A stretch of 63,479 nucleotides of DNA, counting the filler, from Octopus bimaculoides (lineage: Eukaryota): the NCBI RefSeq assembly GCF_001194135.2. It is 6 parts of 6 records of this genome, joined end to end, with 100 filler letters (N's around TTAATTAATTAA, not from the genome) between each part and the next. Parts side by side here need not be neighbours in the genome. Positions count along the whole stretch, not along the records: positions 1 to 15,685 come from NC_068983.1; 5 more parts are not named here. The stretch is one strand, 5' to 3'. The translations under genes and the position numbers were made by a program. The notes beneath the pieces are model-generated. The model was given only the letters and a program-made list of their open reading frames with translations, was not told the origin of the DNA and did not search any database. Positions 1 through 13,490 of this stretch are shown piece after piece; the stretch's first letter is position 1; every line of letters starts with the position of its first letter.

Positions 1-1
1 G

Positions 2-371
2 TGCCACACGGGCGGCGAGGCAACGGACGTTTGCGGTGAGACGTTATGTGTGTGGAGACAGTCGACCAAGGCAGCGATGATCGTCAACTTGAAGTCGGCA
101 TATTTGCAGCTCCGTGTGAGTGACAAGCTGTGGCGATACCAGCTGGTGCGGTACAAGGGCCGGACGTACTGTTTAACCAGGCTGGGTTTTGGGCTGAATT
201 CCGCTCCGAAAATTATGGCGATGGTGCTCAAGTCCGTCCTAGGGAAAGAGGAGAGGATAAAGAAGGCCACCGGTTCCTACATCGACGACATTTTGGTTGA
301 CGAGACTGTAGTGCCAGCCACCGAGGTAGTGAGACACCTGGAGAGGTTCGGGCTGATTGCGAAGCTGACTG
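2..371 (+). pseudogene. Gypsy pol fragment: reverse transcriptase
   Basis: Frame reads ...IVNLKSAYLQL...YCLTRLGFGLNSAP...SYIDDILV (YxDD motif). The first catalytic Asp position reads N (VNLKSAY). Runs into the N gap. Confidence 0.9.
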
Positions 372-1297
372 NNNNNNNNNNNNNNNNNNNNNNNNNNNNN
401 NNNNNNNNNNNNNNNNNNNNNNNNNNNNNNNNNNNNNNNNNNNNNNNNNNNNNNNNNNNNNNNNNNNNNNNNNNNNNNNNNNNNNNNNNNNNNNNNNNNN
501 NNNNNNNNNNNNNNNNNNNNNNNNNNNNNNNNNNNNNNNNNNNNNNNNNNNNNNNNNNNNNNNNNNNNNNNNNNNNNNNNNNNNNNNNNNNNNNNNNNNN
601 NNNNNNNNNNNNNNNNNNNNNNNNNNNNNNNNNNNNNNNNNNNNNNNNNNNNNNNNNNNNNNNNNNNNNNNNNNNNNNNNNNNNNNNNNNNNNNNNNNNN
701 NNNNNNNNNNNNNNNNNNNNNNNNNNNNNNNNNNNNNNNNNNNNNNNNNNNNNNNNNNNNNNNNNNNNNNNNNNNNNNNNNNNNNNNNNNNNNNNNNNNN
801 NNNNNNNNNNNNNNNNNNNNNNNNNNNNNNNNNNNNNNNNNNNNNNNNNNNNNNNNNNNNNNNNNNNNNNNNNNNNNNNNNNNNNNNNNNNNNNNNNNNN
901 NNNNNNNNNNNNNNNNNNNNNNNNNNNNNNNNNNNNNNNNNNNNNNNNNNNNNNNNNNNNNNNNNNNNNNNNNNNNNNNNNNNNNNNNNNNNNNNNNNNN
1001 NNNNNNNNNNNNNNNNNNNNNNNNNNNNNNNNNNNNNNNNNNNNNNNNNNNNNNNNNNNNNNNNNNNNNNNNNNNNNNNNNNNNNNNNNNNNNNNNNNNN
1101 NNNNNNNNNNNNNNNNNNNNNNNNNNNNNNNNNNNNNNNNNNNNNNNNNNNNNNNNNNNNNNNNNNNNNNNNNNNNNNNNNNNNNNNNNNNNNNNNNNNN
1201 NNNNNNNNNNNNNNNNNNNNNNNNNNNNNNNNNNNNNNNNNNNNNNNNNNNNNNNNNNNNNNNNNNNNNNNNNNNNNNNNNNNNNNNNNNNNNNNNA

Positions 1298-2340
1298 TGG
1301 CTGGAGGAACCGGAGGAAGCAAGGAAAGAGATAGCAGCAGCATGTCAGCTGGGTGACTCCAAACTGAAGGAGCTGCATGCTATGCACCACTTGGGGGTGG
1401 GTAGGACCCTATGCTGACGTCACTAGGAGAAACGTTAAGAAAGTGGTCGCGAAATGTGACAGATGCCAGTCCATTGACCCCGCCCCAGGTGGGCATGAGC
1501 AGGGGAACCTCTCAGTAGAGTGCAACTGGAGGAGACTGGCTGTGGATATGACGCACTACCGTCAGGAAANNNNNNNNNNGAACCTCTCAGTAGAGTGCAA
1601 CTGGAGGAGACTGGCTGTGGATATGACGCACTACCGTCAGGAAATGTATCTCAGCATGGTCGACTGTGGGCCGGACCTGCTGGCCATTTGGAGGGAGCTG
1701 AGGACAGGCATTGCCGATGAGATTGCCCACATTCTGAAGGGATATTCTTGGAGAGGGTCCTGTGGAAGAACTGCTAATGGACAACAGGGCGGCGTTTCGT
1801 TCGGAAGTGTTGGGAGAGATGCTTGACCGGTAGAAGGTGTGATGATTATTTAGAGCGGCGCATAGACCGAGTGGCAACGGAATCATTGAGAGGCACCATC
1901 GGACGATCAAGGCCATGGCTGAAAGGGGGCACATTTCGCCCCTGGAAGCGGTCTACTGGTACAACATGTCTCCCGGATCCAGACAAGCGGAAGAGTCTGT
2001 GCCGCACAGAGCGCTGTTCAAATATGAATGGAGGCATCCCAGTAAGACGCCGGAGTTCTGCGAGGGAGAGAAGGGACCCGCCGGCGTGAAAGTAGGGGAG
2101 GAAGTTTGGGTCAAGCCGCCGAAGGCACGCTGCACATCACAATGGGGCAGGGGAACAGTGACAGCGGTCAATTCCAGAAACAATGTATCTGTGGATGGAA
2201 TGCCGCGTCACGTGCTGGATCTGCGCAGGATAGCCACTTCGTCGGATGAAGAGTGCGATGGAAACGAGCCACCTAGCTTGAGAAGATCTCGACGTGTAAG
2301 GCGCCCGCCCGGTTGGATGGCGGACTTCAAATTGGAGTAG
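1298..2340 (+). pseudogene. Gypsy pol fragment: integrase with frameshifts and stops
   Basis: HHCC zinc finger (HAMHH...CDRC) and DDE-like core (LAVDMTH / LLMDN / NGIIERHH) spread over several frames. The C-terminus GEEVWVKPP...LRRSRRVRRPPGWMADF is typical of Gypsy integrase tails. Confidence 0.9.
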
Positions 2341-2343
2341 GGG

Positions 2344-2637
2344 TGAACGTGATCTTTAACATCATTGTGGCGTGTGGTATGACGTCAGTGTCTGGGGAGG
2401 CTGACCGGAAGGGCGAGTTGACCGGAAGGGGAAAAAGGGAAGAGGGAGCCTCGATCGGGATTTGTGCCCTTTTCAAACGGGGTTGTGGTCAGGACAAGAC
2501 ATGTTAAGCGACAGCCTAGGTTTGGGAGAAGCAGCTGCTATTCCTGGTGTACTTTGGGTCGGGGCAAGCTTCATGGATTGGATACCGCAAGACAAACTCG
2601 CAATCGAGGAAAGGAAAACCGAGGTAAGGCGATTACA
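2344..2637 (+). repeat. Probable 3' LTR
   Basis: Follows the purine run ggagtagggg (PPT-like) at the pol stop, begins TG and ends ...GATTACA, then composition drops to AT-rich. It cannot be matched to a 5' LTR within the window. Confidence 0.5.
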
Positions 2638-4969
2638 TCTACTCGTACGCACACACCACAATCTCTTTGTACCTTCTACACTGGATTTCTTTCCCTGACT
2701 GCACAGTATAGTATTTATGTCTTCTCCTTTCTTACAAATATAACTATTTTTCTGATGATGTTACCCTTTTGTCATCCTTGAATTTATATAATCCTTTCAT
2801 AAAACATAGCTTTATTTCATTGCTGTATGTTTCAGATTAAAAGAGATTTATGCTTGTAAACTATTTTTATATATTTTTTTTAATCTGCCTAGTTCATCAA
2901 AGGTGACTAAACCTACTCAAGAGTGGAGATAAATGTGTCCCTGAATAGTTGATCTCATCATATGTTCCCTTCTGTCATATGAACTAAAAAGGATATATTG
3001 AGACTCCTACTCCAAAAGAGAAAAATAACAATGGAATTACTGCAATGGATTTGAACTCATAATCCATGAGTCAGTCGTTCAATGATCAATCAACAATTTC
3101 ACTTTACAATTAATTTTATTTTTGAATTCAAGTTAGCTAAAGAGCCTCTATACTTTTGCTCACTCTATAAAACATTCAGCAAAATCATACCCTGCTATAT
3201 ATCTAGAAAGGATGGTCACATTAAATGATGTGATCCTAACTACACTGTCTGACAAAAACAATAAGCTGATCAAGGTTGAAACACCTCTAATGTCAGGTCT
3301 GGTCAGTCAGAGATGACTTAGAATTAAACAGCCCTTTAGTTTATTTAGTCTATTAAACAACTCTCTTTTCTACTTTAATCTTGAGTGTTTAGGATTGAAG
3401 GAGGTATATATTTGTAAAATACCTGCCCAATTCATCAAAACTGACTGAAACTCCCCAAGCACAAGCACCTACCTTTGTCCCCCAATATCATACAAAATGC
3501 CTATATTTATCAAATCATTAACAGTTCAGCTAGCACAGAAAGTTGAATGTTGAGATAGAAGAAATATCTCATGATGAGTCTTCAGTTTTTCCACTTAAAA
3601 CATGTAAGATTCATAACACTTCTCTTTCTTTGAGAAAGAAGTGTATTATTTAAAAACATGGTTTAATGTAAAACATGTTATGAATATTTGGAATAAATAT
3701 GTTAGGTGTTGCCAATGTTATGACTTGTGAATGTTGTAAACTGTTAAAGGCTGAAATTACACTTTTTTTGTATGCAAAAGCTGCACACAATAATATATTG
3801 TTCACAGAGTTATATCAATAATTTATAATTGTAATACTTCCATGGTAATTGTGTTACTGGATTATTGGTGATAGTCAGTTCAAAGGAACAAGGTAACTAT
3901 AGTATATAATTGGTTCAAGCTTCCAGCATATAATGGCATATAATTTCTAGTATATAGCACAAGCATATAACAGGATTTAAAAGAACATAATTTGTTCAGA
4001 TTTCTAGTATATGTTGTGTTTAGACACAGTTGAACTCTAATTAAACTGGCCTATGAGCATAAGCAGTTTTGTTGTGACTGTACTGTATTATATTTAGCTA
4101 TAAACTCTCTGAGACTATATTATCCAATGTCTCTTTTCTTTTACAAGAGAGCAGAGTGTAATTTGAAGAGGTGTGAATTGAGTAACTATGTAGATGCATC
4201 CTTAGTGGCTTGTATAAACCTTTCTCTTGTTGGTTCCATATAAGTCATATATAAGTCTATGTTAGGTTGTCAAACTCACTTGGTTTTGTGAACTGGATTA
4301 AAGCATAAACTTGATTTCATGGACTGGGTGGTGAAGTCAATTATTTCTGAAAGCCCATTTGTAATGTAGGCTAAGTCGATGGATAACAATGTCAATATAC
4401 ATCATAACAACTTTATTAACAATAAAGAAAGGAAAAATATGAGGTATTAGCAAAGTTGGTAAGCAGATATGTGTGGAGAAAACTGATCTCCATGGTGTGT
4501 GTGTGTGTATACACACACACATGCACATACACACATATATAGTTCCATTAAATAAGAGTCCTTAGAGTGAGAATGGATGCAAATTACACAGATAAATGCA
4601 CAGAGTTCTTGTGTATACCGATGTTAGAGCAAGAGAAATCTTGTGTTCTTTATACTATAAAACCTTTCAATATCATTCAATCACTAGAATCCATCCAGAT
4701 AAAGATGTGTGTAAATTTGAAAAAGAAAATGAAGAGAAAAATTTCCCTTTGTTTAAGCATGTATAGACAAAGTAAATGACAAACAGCTAACATCTTTTAA
4801 TGTTTGTATTTATGAGCTAATTTTTCATTGGTTGAGCTAACAAATGAATCCCAAAGATGCATTAATTTGAATTACCAGAACTGAAGTGATTAATACCAGA
4901 ACTGGTATTAATCACTACTCCAGTCAGGCTCTGACTGAATGTACACTAGTTGTATATATATTTTACAGT

Positions 4970-5259
4970 AAACAATTGCCGTGTGGAAGGTGTTTATAAG
5001 CCATTTAAGAAACACACAAAAACCGTTAGGTTCACTTCAACATTTAAATTTAATTTGCCAAAATATTTTCATCACTTTGAGAGCGCGATTTGTTCAATGA
5101 CAAAATTCCGTGATGCAGCACAGAATTTCTTCAGTGAACAGGTTGCAGTCTCAAAGTGCCAAAAATATTTTGGCAAATTAAATTTAAATGTTGAAGTGAA
5201 CCTAACGGTTTTTGTGTTTATTAAATGGCTTATAAACACCTTCCACGCTACAATTGTTT
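4970..5259. mobile_element. Fold-back (long inverted repeat) element, possibly Penelope-like-derived
   Basis: 4970-5068 and 5161-5259 are near-perfect inverted copies (~100 bp), and the pairing continues imperfectly inward (cactttgaga / tctcaaagtg). No clear TSD. Confidence 0.8.
5054..5104 (-). ncRNA. Type I hammerhead-like fold with non-canonical core (UUGAACA; GUGAACA in the sister arm)
   Basis: Minus strand: stem I TTTGTCA/TGGCAAA, core TTGAACA+A, stem II ATCGC/GTGAT, GAA, palindromic stem III AATATT, then T. Confidence 0.4.
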
Positions 5260-8200
5260 TCATCCCAACACACGATCTCAGATCAGGTCGCTTGCTATGC
5301 AAGTACATCTCTGTAATATCTTACAGCATATTTTAAAATTAAAAATAAAAATAGAATTTTCGTTTATGAATTTGAGGCAAAGACTGTAATAAACATTGGT
5401 GTGGGCTGGATCCGTTTGTAGACCATATTTTGGACATTCTTCTTATAAGTCATTTTAACAAGATTTTGAATTACTGTGTGTGGCATATGAACACAAAATA
5501 GTATTTGAACTCAAACACTACTTTAGGAACAATTTAACTTGATACATTATAGCTGAAATAAAAACTTTTGTTTAATAGTCAAAAGTAAATGCAGGTTCCC
5601 AAGTGTTTCTCAGTGAAAGGGACTGTGTAGTTGTTAGCATACTTTTGATGCTAAGCTGCCCTACATAACAAAATGCGATTATTTATTCTTAGTTATTTCA
5701 ACTGATTTGAGTTACAGTCTTCCTTAAAACCCAATGGACAAAGCAATGATAGGATAATTATATTTCTGCCAAGGAAATAAAATACCATAATGATTTCTTT
5801 TAACTGGGTACATAATCAATTATTTTAGCAGCAAGGTTATAATTTATTGAAACCAACCTTATATATAGATAAATTAAGTATATTTTATTAACCTGGAGAA
5901 AATGAAGGTCAAAGTTAACTTCAACAATGAGGTAAGGACAAAACCGAATATATAAAAGTATACGTTTAATCCTGTGATTTACTGTCTCGGTCCTTGCTTA
6001 CAAAAATATTACTGTCTAAAGACTATACAGACATTTCAATTTATTCTTATCTGATATATGAAGTTATATTTTTTTGCTTTATATTGTTTTTCTGATGGTT
6101 TTGAATATATCTCATGTTTTCCACTCATAAAGAAAAATCTTCATTATTGGTATGTAAATTTATCAGAAATAAATATATATAAACTTTGTAACACAATTTA
6201 ATTCCCTAAAGAGGACTGTGCTGTCATAAATCACAAACAAGTGTTATTTTTACAGTAATTAGGATCTATAATTATTCTTAACATTGTTCTGAGACTAAAG
6301 ACAGATTAGAATGAAATTTAACTATTGGATTAGCTTTATTTGAGTAGTTTGTGTTTTTTGTTAGTTTGGTTTTTATTCTTTCTAAGGCAGACACTAAATC
6401 ACTTTAATGTCTTGATAATTTATAATTATGTTGAATAATAGGAACAAAAAACATTATCAGAATACTTGCTGTTTTAAATTGGTAAAACGTATACTTTGTA
6501 TTGGAGTGAATAACTTGTAATGAACAAAATATTTTAAAGAATAGACTACATGTTGGTCATGACTATGAAAGGATGGTTTTATTGATGAAAAAAGAATTGG
6601 TTAAGGTGATAGACTTCTGCCTTAAAAGTGATGTCATTCAGAGGTAAAATGCAAAACTAAAGTAATAGTTGTAACTATGACTGCATAACATGGTTTTACA
6701 AATGGAAACATATGGTTTTACAAAGTACTTGCCTGCTCTAGCAATCATTGTAAATTTTGTAAACTCATAGAGCTATGGAATCAGCAATATAGCTGAAAGA
6801 AAGTTTCTCTGGGAAGTATTTTGTATATTAAATTCACATACATTAGGTCTTACATATAATGAGTTGAAAAACTTCAATCAACTATCCATGCAATTAATGG
6901 CCAAAAGCCCCATCTTTGATTTAGCCTTTTAGTATTTAAACAGGTCATGTGCAGTCCAAATATTCTACATGTTTTATGTTCAAACTAACCAAATTCAGCC
7001 TACCTTACAATGTCATTATAAAAATATACGATCACATCATTGAAATCTCAAAGCTACGAGATAATGCATGATTAATTGAAAATAATTTGAATGAATAAGC
7101 ATTATTTTTGACAGAATAATGTGAACACTAAAGAGTTGAACAGTAAAACAACATGCAAAGGACATAACTTTGATCTGTTGATAGAAAGTTTTGGATAATA
7201 AAGTGAGCATGTTTCCATTTGATTACACCTTCTTAGTGAAGCATATTCTACTCACTTGGTGAGAATATAACTAATCAAGATTTAGACAGATTTATTTCAG
7301 GACTGAACCCATGTAGTTTTAGGCTCAGTCCTGCCCAAGATACTGTACAATGGGACAACACCTTGGATAGGTGTGTTTTACTATGTAGCCCAGAAATGAT
7401 CAAAGCCTTGTGGGTTGATTTGGTTGACAGAAACTAAAAGAAACTAATCATGGGCATACATGTGTGTGTTTACATTTGCACTTTTCCAAATGCTGTTCAG
7501 TTATGGGTTGTGAAGTTGCTGCCATTTCGTATGTCAATGAGTCATCTTCTGACTTTGTGCCTTAGAGAACATTTAGAATAAGACTTTACTTACATGAAAA
7601 ACAAGTATTAGTAACAAGAAGGGCTTTTCACAGCCCAGGGTATATTTGAAGACACTTGCCAATGTGACATACTGTGGGTTGTTACATATTTTATCAACAG
7701 TAAACTGAAGTATGAAAGGCAAAGGTGACACTGACATAAAAACTTCATTTAAAAAGAAAACTATTTTGAAGGAATGGGTAACTAGCAACTAAAGCATTTT
7801 TCTGTAGTAGATATATAAAAAAACTTAGGAATTCAATTATGTACTTAGCTAAAACTGAAAAGTTACAGTACAACAGTTTGGGTAAAATATAATCTAATTG
7901 TATCATTTGAATCAAAGCATTAAGGTGTTATATGTAACTACAATTTTCTTTATTTTTTCTTTTTCTAATTTAAATTATTTTATGCAAATGAGACTAATTT
8001 ACTTTTCCCCAAGCAATTATATCATGAGACCATATTTTACAGTGTAGGACTGTTTTCAAATTTTCTTTTCTTTTGTTTTTAGTGCATCCATATTGTAAAG
8101 CTCCGTGGTTTCAATGTATTTACTTAATTCTACATGTTTTATTTGTTTGAGTTGATATATTTTGTTACTGTGATGTTGTATATATACACATACATCTGGT

Positions 8201-8929
8201 GAAAATAGATTTGAGTATATCACATACATACCAATACACAAACACACGGCCATATGCACTTAATTCAGAAACTTCAGTTATGTGTTAAATGTGGCATAGC
8301 AACAATGAAAAAATTGCTTTGTGCTTGTTACTTTAGGTAGAACTTCCTCATATATATGTGTTGTGTGTGTGCATGTGTGTATATGTATCAATATGTATGT
8401 GTATGTATTTACATGTATGTGTGTGTATATATGTGTATCTGTGCATGTGTGTGTGTATATAGATAGATAGGTAGATAGATAGATATGTGTGTGTGTGTGT
8501 ATCTGTGTGTGTGTATCTGTGTGTGTGTATCTGTGTGTGTGTAGATATATACATATGAATCTTATTTTTATTTTCTTAGTAACATCACAATAATAAATCT
8601 TTTCTGTATTATAACACTATTGATTCATTCAGAAAGGATTATTAATGCATTGATGGTTAAACAAAATATCAGCTAGTTTCATTCAATAAATTTAGTGTAA
8701 ACAATAGATTCAGGATCAATGAGTACACTTAGTAATGTAATCCATATGGTTAAAGTAGTGATTCGACTTTGTAGTTACAAACTTTAGAAGAAAACAAGGA
8801 AGGATGGTGGTGATGATGATGATGAAGAGGAGGAGGGGGAGGATGCAGATCAATCAGAAAATGATAATAATAATAATAATGATAATGGTAATAATAGTAA
8901 TTATAGTAATGGTATTGAATATTGGCACA

Positions 8930-9375
8930 AGGTTAGCAATTTCAAGGCAGGGGATAAGTTGCTTACATCGAACCCAGTGATCAGCTGGTACTTATTTTAT
9001 TGACCCCAAAAAGATGAAAGGCAAAGTCAACCTCAAAATAATGATAACAACAATCATTTCTACTGTAGACACAAGGCCTGAAATTTGTTGGAGTGGGGGT
9101 TACTTGTCTATTACATTGACCTCAGCACTCAACTGGTACATTTTTTATCAACCCCAAAATTCTTTTTAAATCTAGCATAGAGCCAGCAATTTTGAGGTAG
9201 GGGTCAAGTTGATTATATTGACTCCAGGATATAACTGGTTGACTGGTACTGTATTCTACAGATCCCCAAAAGGGTGAAAGGCAAAGTTGACCTTAATGAT
9301 ACTTGAACTCAAAACATAAAGTGCTAGAAGAAACACCGCTTAGCATTTTCCCCATAATGCTAATGATGCTGTCTC
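8930..9375 (-). mobile_element. Cluster of old, CpG-decayed copies of the tRNA-derived SINE family with the 'gcctttcatcc' core
   Basis: Repeated reverse-complement core segments (gatgaaaggcaaagtcaacc, ctggtacttattttattgacccc) match the intact copies at 51870 and 56816. Confidence 0.7.
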
Positions 9376-12300
9376 GACCTGATGATAATTATTACTAGGC
9401 CTTACCTGCAAGGTCATGTGCTGTTTATCTTTATATGAGATCAACATGTTGCACACATGAAGTTGTAATGCATGTGCTTAGTCTGCCCTTATCAGACACA
9501 TAGTCATGATGGGTATATTGGGCTTTGAATATTTATACCTTAATGTCACTTTGGTGGCATGTGCTGTTCTCTCACTCAATAATAATAATAATAACAATAA
9601 TAACAATAATAGTTTCTTATTTAGGCACAAGGCTAGAAATTTTGAGGGCAGGGGATTAGTGAATACATCATCCCCAGTATTTGACTGGTAGTTTATTATA
9701 GTAACCCTAAAAGAATAAGACACTGGAAATATATAAGCAAATATGGAGAAAAATATAAGAAAGAATAACAATTCACATGCCTAAATACTGGGCAAGATTG
9801 CTCATATTATGAAACACTTTCCAACAGAGATATCTTTCATTTCATCTTCACAGTGGCCACTGTGTGGAGAACATTTGCTTTTGGGGCTCATATTTCAATT
9901 GATTTTGAAAATAATCAAGAATCAAGAAGCCTGTCATCAGAGGACTTTCTATCTAACTGATATTTAGAATATATCTTCTCACACCAAATTATGATGAAAA
10001 ATTTAGTTTTAAATGTGAGCATGTTAAAAAAGAGAAAGTTTTCAGAAACAGTCTCAGCTGGGTTGTTATAAAAAGGTTGAAAATATTGTTGAAACCTATG
10101 AAGTAGTTATTTATAAAGTTGGACATGTTCAGGTCCAGTAAATAAACTTTTATGTTTAAATAGTGACTTTTATTAATCTTTTGACAGCATAGTTGCTATC
10201 ATAGTTGACTGCTTGTGTTGGACAAATTTATGAACAACTGTTTTGAAAGACGACTATTCTTGAAAGTGTTACTGTAACTAAACATTGTTATTAAAATACA
10301 ACTATTTTATAAATCTGTGGCTTCATGCCTATGAAAACAGTGATTGTTATGCAACCCAAACATATTTTTAAATCAAGAAGTGAGTATGGCCATGGAGTTC
10401 ACTATGTAAGTAAGGAATTTCAGGTTCATGACACCCTGATGATTGAAGCCTTGCAAGTGAAATTTGGTAGACAGAAACTGTGTAGAACACCTTTGGAAAC
10501 AACATTCATGTATTTTGATAGTAGACTCCACTTGTATCATGGTTAACATCACAATCTGGCCACAAGATGACTGTAGCAGAATTTACTGTTTTATAAGTAT
10601 TTGGGCCAGTTCTTTGATCTGAGAATAACTGTCTCTGTTCTAGGATGCTTTGAAAAGCGTCAAGTACACTGCCCTTTATGTTCTGACTTATCCATTAAAC
10701 AAAAAACAAAACAAAAAATATAATAAAATGTGCATTTTTTTAAATCAAAAGTATACAGGCAAAATGGTGTAAGTGGTGGAAGCTTCATTTTAGTTTGGCA
10801 CTTTGTTTAATGTACACTTTAAGGACATGCTCAATGTGTTATCTGTTTATTTATGATGAAACTAAGAATTTATAGGTTTTGTTTTATGGAATGATGCTGC
10901 TCACTATGATTAAGGAATATTTGTATGAGCACTGATAACTAAGGTTGGAAAAATATTTGCAAATGTGCAGAAACTAGCAATACTTAAGGAAATCTGGTAT
11001 CTTGTTCAATAAATATTTGTCATAAGTGCTTTCAAAAATATTTTTTTTCTGCTCATGCAGCTGGGGAATTATATGTGATTTTATCCTTCCTGCCACCCAC
11101 TAAAACCTAAACATAAACCTACTGCTTCCTTAGTATCCACACATTTTTTTCACCTCTCACTCACTCTGCTAAACAATTTACATAATACTTTTTTCTGAGA
11201 ATTTACCCCTTTGGAACTTACTCCCTGTTTACACCCTGAAGCTAATAAATGCCAACAGTTCAAACTTAACATTAACTACATGTCCTTACCTCATTTCTCT
11301 TTAACTCACAGTTTAGAGGAACTGGAAAGCTATAGATAATGTTCTTCATTCTCAGAACATCATCTTAAGAAAAATATATTTGTATACAATTAAGTAACAT
11401 AATTATATATGGTACTTCCTAAGCATGACCAAGATCCACTAGTCAAAACTAGTAAAACAATAAAAACATTGTGATTTCTTTAGATGGGTATAAAAATAAA
11501 GAAAATTATGATGACATTAAACAAATTTATCTAATGTGAGCTGGGATTCATTATTAAATTAAAGGGACAAGAAAAACTTTCTCCTTGCAAGTTTGTTTCA
11601 TTGCAAATATTTCTCCAATATACATCAATTATTAGTCATCTTAATTGCACTGTCATTAGTCCTTTTCTGATTCCAGCCAGTGGGTTGCACACTTGCTAGA
11701 GCACTACTATCAGTGCTATTACTTTTATAAATTAACTAGACACTATTAAAATAAAGCCTATTCAATTTGTTCCTCTCCTATCACAGCAAATCTTCGACAC
11801 ACACAGCACATATATCCCAGTAATTCAACATCATACCTCATGGTCTGTAGTTATAATTAAAAAACCATTTTCTCCTCCACCACTTCTGTTCCTAACCATT
11901 AAGCTATCACAGCCTCTCACTCAACCACTACTTAGCAGAGCTTGTTTTGAGTTAATTATACATTAGTTATTTTTTCTGAGATATTTCCCAAAATGCAGAC
12001 AGATTTAAATACTTTGATTTAAGTGTTGTAGTGGTTACAAGCACAGCTATATTGGCTTGTTTGTTTCCCAATAACATGAATCCTGGCTCCATCCCACTAT
12101 GCAACACCTTGGCCAGATGTGTTCTGTTATAGACTCAGACTAGAATTTGTGGTCGATAGAAATTACACAAACCCATTGTGTGTGTGATGTGTGAATGTGT
12201 CTGTATTCAATATATATCAGTAAGGGAGGTACACTATGGGGAGATGATGCATTCAGAAAATAGTATCTTGAGATATTTATTCTGTCCAAATTGTATAGAC

Positions 12301-12423
12301 ACACCCTTATCACTCTTGCCATTGGAAATGCAGTGAACCAGTGATTGGCCCATTGAAAACTTATAGTAGCCAACAATGTTATTGTTCATAAAATGCATGA
12401 TGTAAAAATAAAATATATATATA

Positions 12424-12592
12424 TCATCATCATCATCATCATCGTTTAATGTCCGCTTTCCATGCTAGCATGGGTTGGACGATTTGACTGAGGACTGGTG
12501 AAACCGGATGGCAACACCAGGCTCCAATCTAATTTGGCAGAGTTTCTACAGCTGGATGCCCTTCCTAATGCCAACCACTCAGAGAGTGTAGT
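12424..12592 (-). mobile_element. Retroposon 3' end with (GAT)n tail
   Basis: (atc)n tail followed by cgtttaatgtccgctttccatgct... A related copy in the opposite orientation lies at ~19020-19175 (gcatggaaaagtgaac...atgatgatg). Confidence 0.55.
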
Positions 12593-13438
12593 ATATTTAT
12601 ATATAACATATCTCACTGTTCATAAATATGGATGACACCGACAAATTGTTTAATATACAATATTATAAAAGAAGAAAATGGGTCCCTTTATTATCGACAG
12701 GATGACTTTTGTGTAAGCATTAATTTTTACAGTTGGTTGCTCTTCCTACTATTTACCACTTAAATAGAACTTATCTATAAAGAAAACTGCACCATGTTTT
12801 CATGTTCAACACAATGGCTGAGGTCACAAGTCTACTACATTCACCTTTATAGGATTTTTCTTAAGAAAAAGTAACAAAACCAAAAAAAAAACAGGCATAT
12901 TTACAATTACAGTGATAAAATATATGAAATCTCTCCAATGTTTTTTTAGTAAATATTAAGGTTTCTCAATATGAAGCTGATTTCTGTTACATAATGTAAT
13001 GGGTTCCAACGAGATAATGCTGGAGTCTAACTGTTTCTATAAGAAATAAAATACTGAAACAAATTTTGCTTTATTAGCAGTGTGGGAATTTGAATAAAGA
13101 ATTGGATGTAATAAAAGATATTCAGATAGTGATGGCTAAACAACTTTCCACACAGCTAGAGTACTATATGAGATATTAGGTACACACTATTAGTTTCAGT
13201 TGAAGAGTTTACTGGGTTATCGTATATTTTTATTCTTTTACTATGAACATTTTGTATCTTCGAGTAATCTGATACCATTCAAATATTTATCACTAGTTAT
13301 CCATTCAACTGATAAATACGTGTATGGTCTGGTTCATCACATGAGTGGGTGTGTACATGTGTGAAAAATGTATGTATGTGTGTATATACACATGCACACC
13401 AATGTGTATGTATACCTAGATGTGTGTGTGTGTGTATG

Positions 13439-13490
<52 letters not shown>

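Larger units (their letters stand above)
1..2637 (+). mobile_element. Degenerate Ty3/Gypsy-type LTR retrotransposon (3' part: RT, gap, integrase, PPT, probable 3' LTR)
   Basis: RT-before-integrase order with recognisable motifs. GC/CpG-rich relative to the flank from ~2700 onward. The 5' end lies outside the window. Confidence 0.9.

Noticed and set aside
1505-1644. 65-bp direct repeat in the integrase
   Set aside because: The copies are identical and separated by a 10-N gap: unmerged contig overlap.
3473-3500. 28-nt exon-like segment encoding ILYDIGGQR (G-protein switch-like)
   Set aside because: Too short, weak acceptor, no companion exons; likely chance.
5244-5290. Additional hammerhead-like string (CTGATCTGA...GAAAACAATTGTA) at the outer edge of the fold-back
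   Set aside because: The core has an insertion and stem I does not pair. Noted only as a possible relic.
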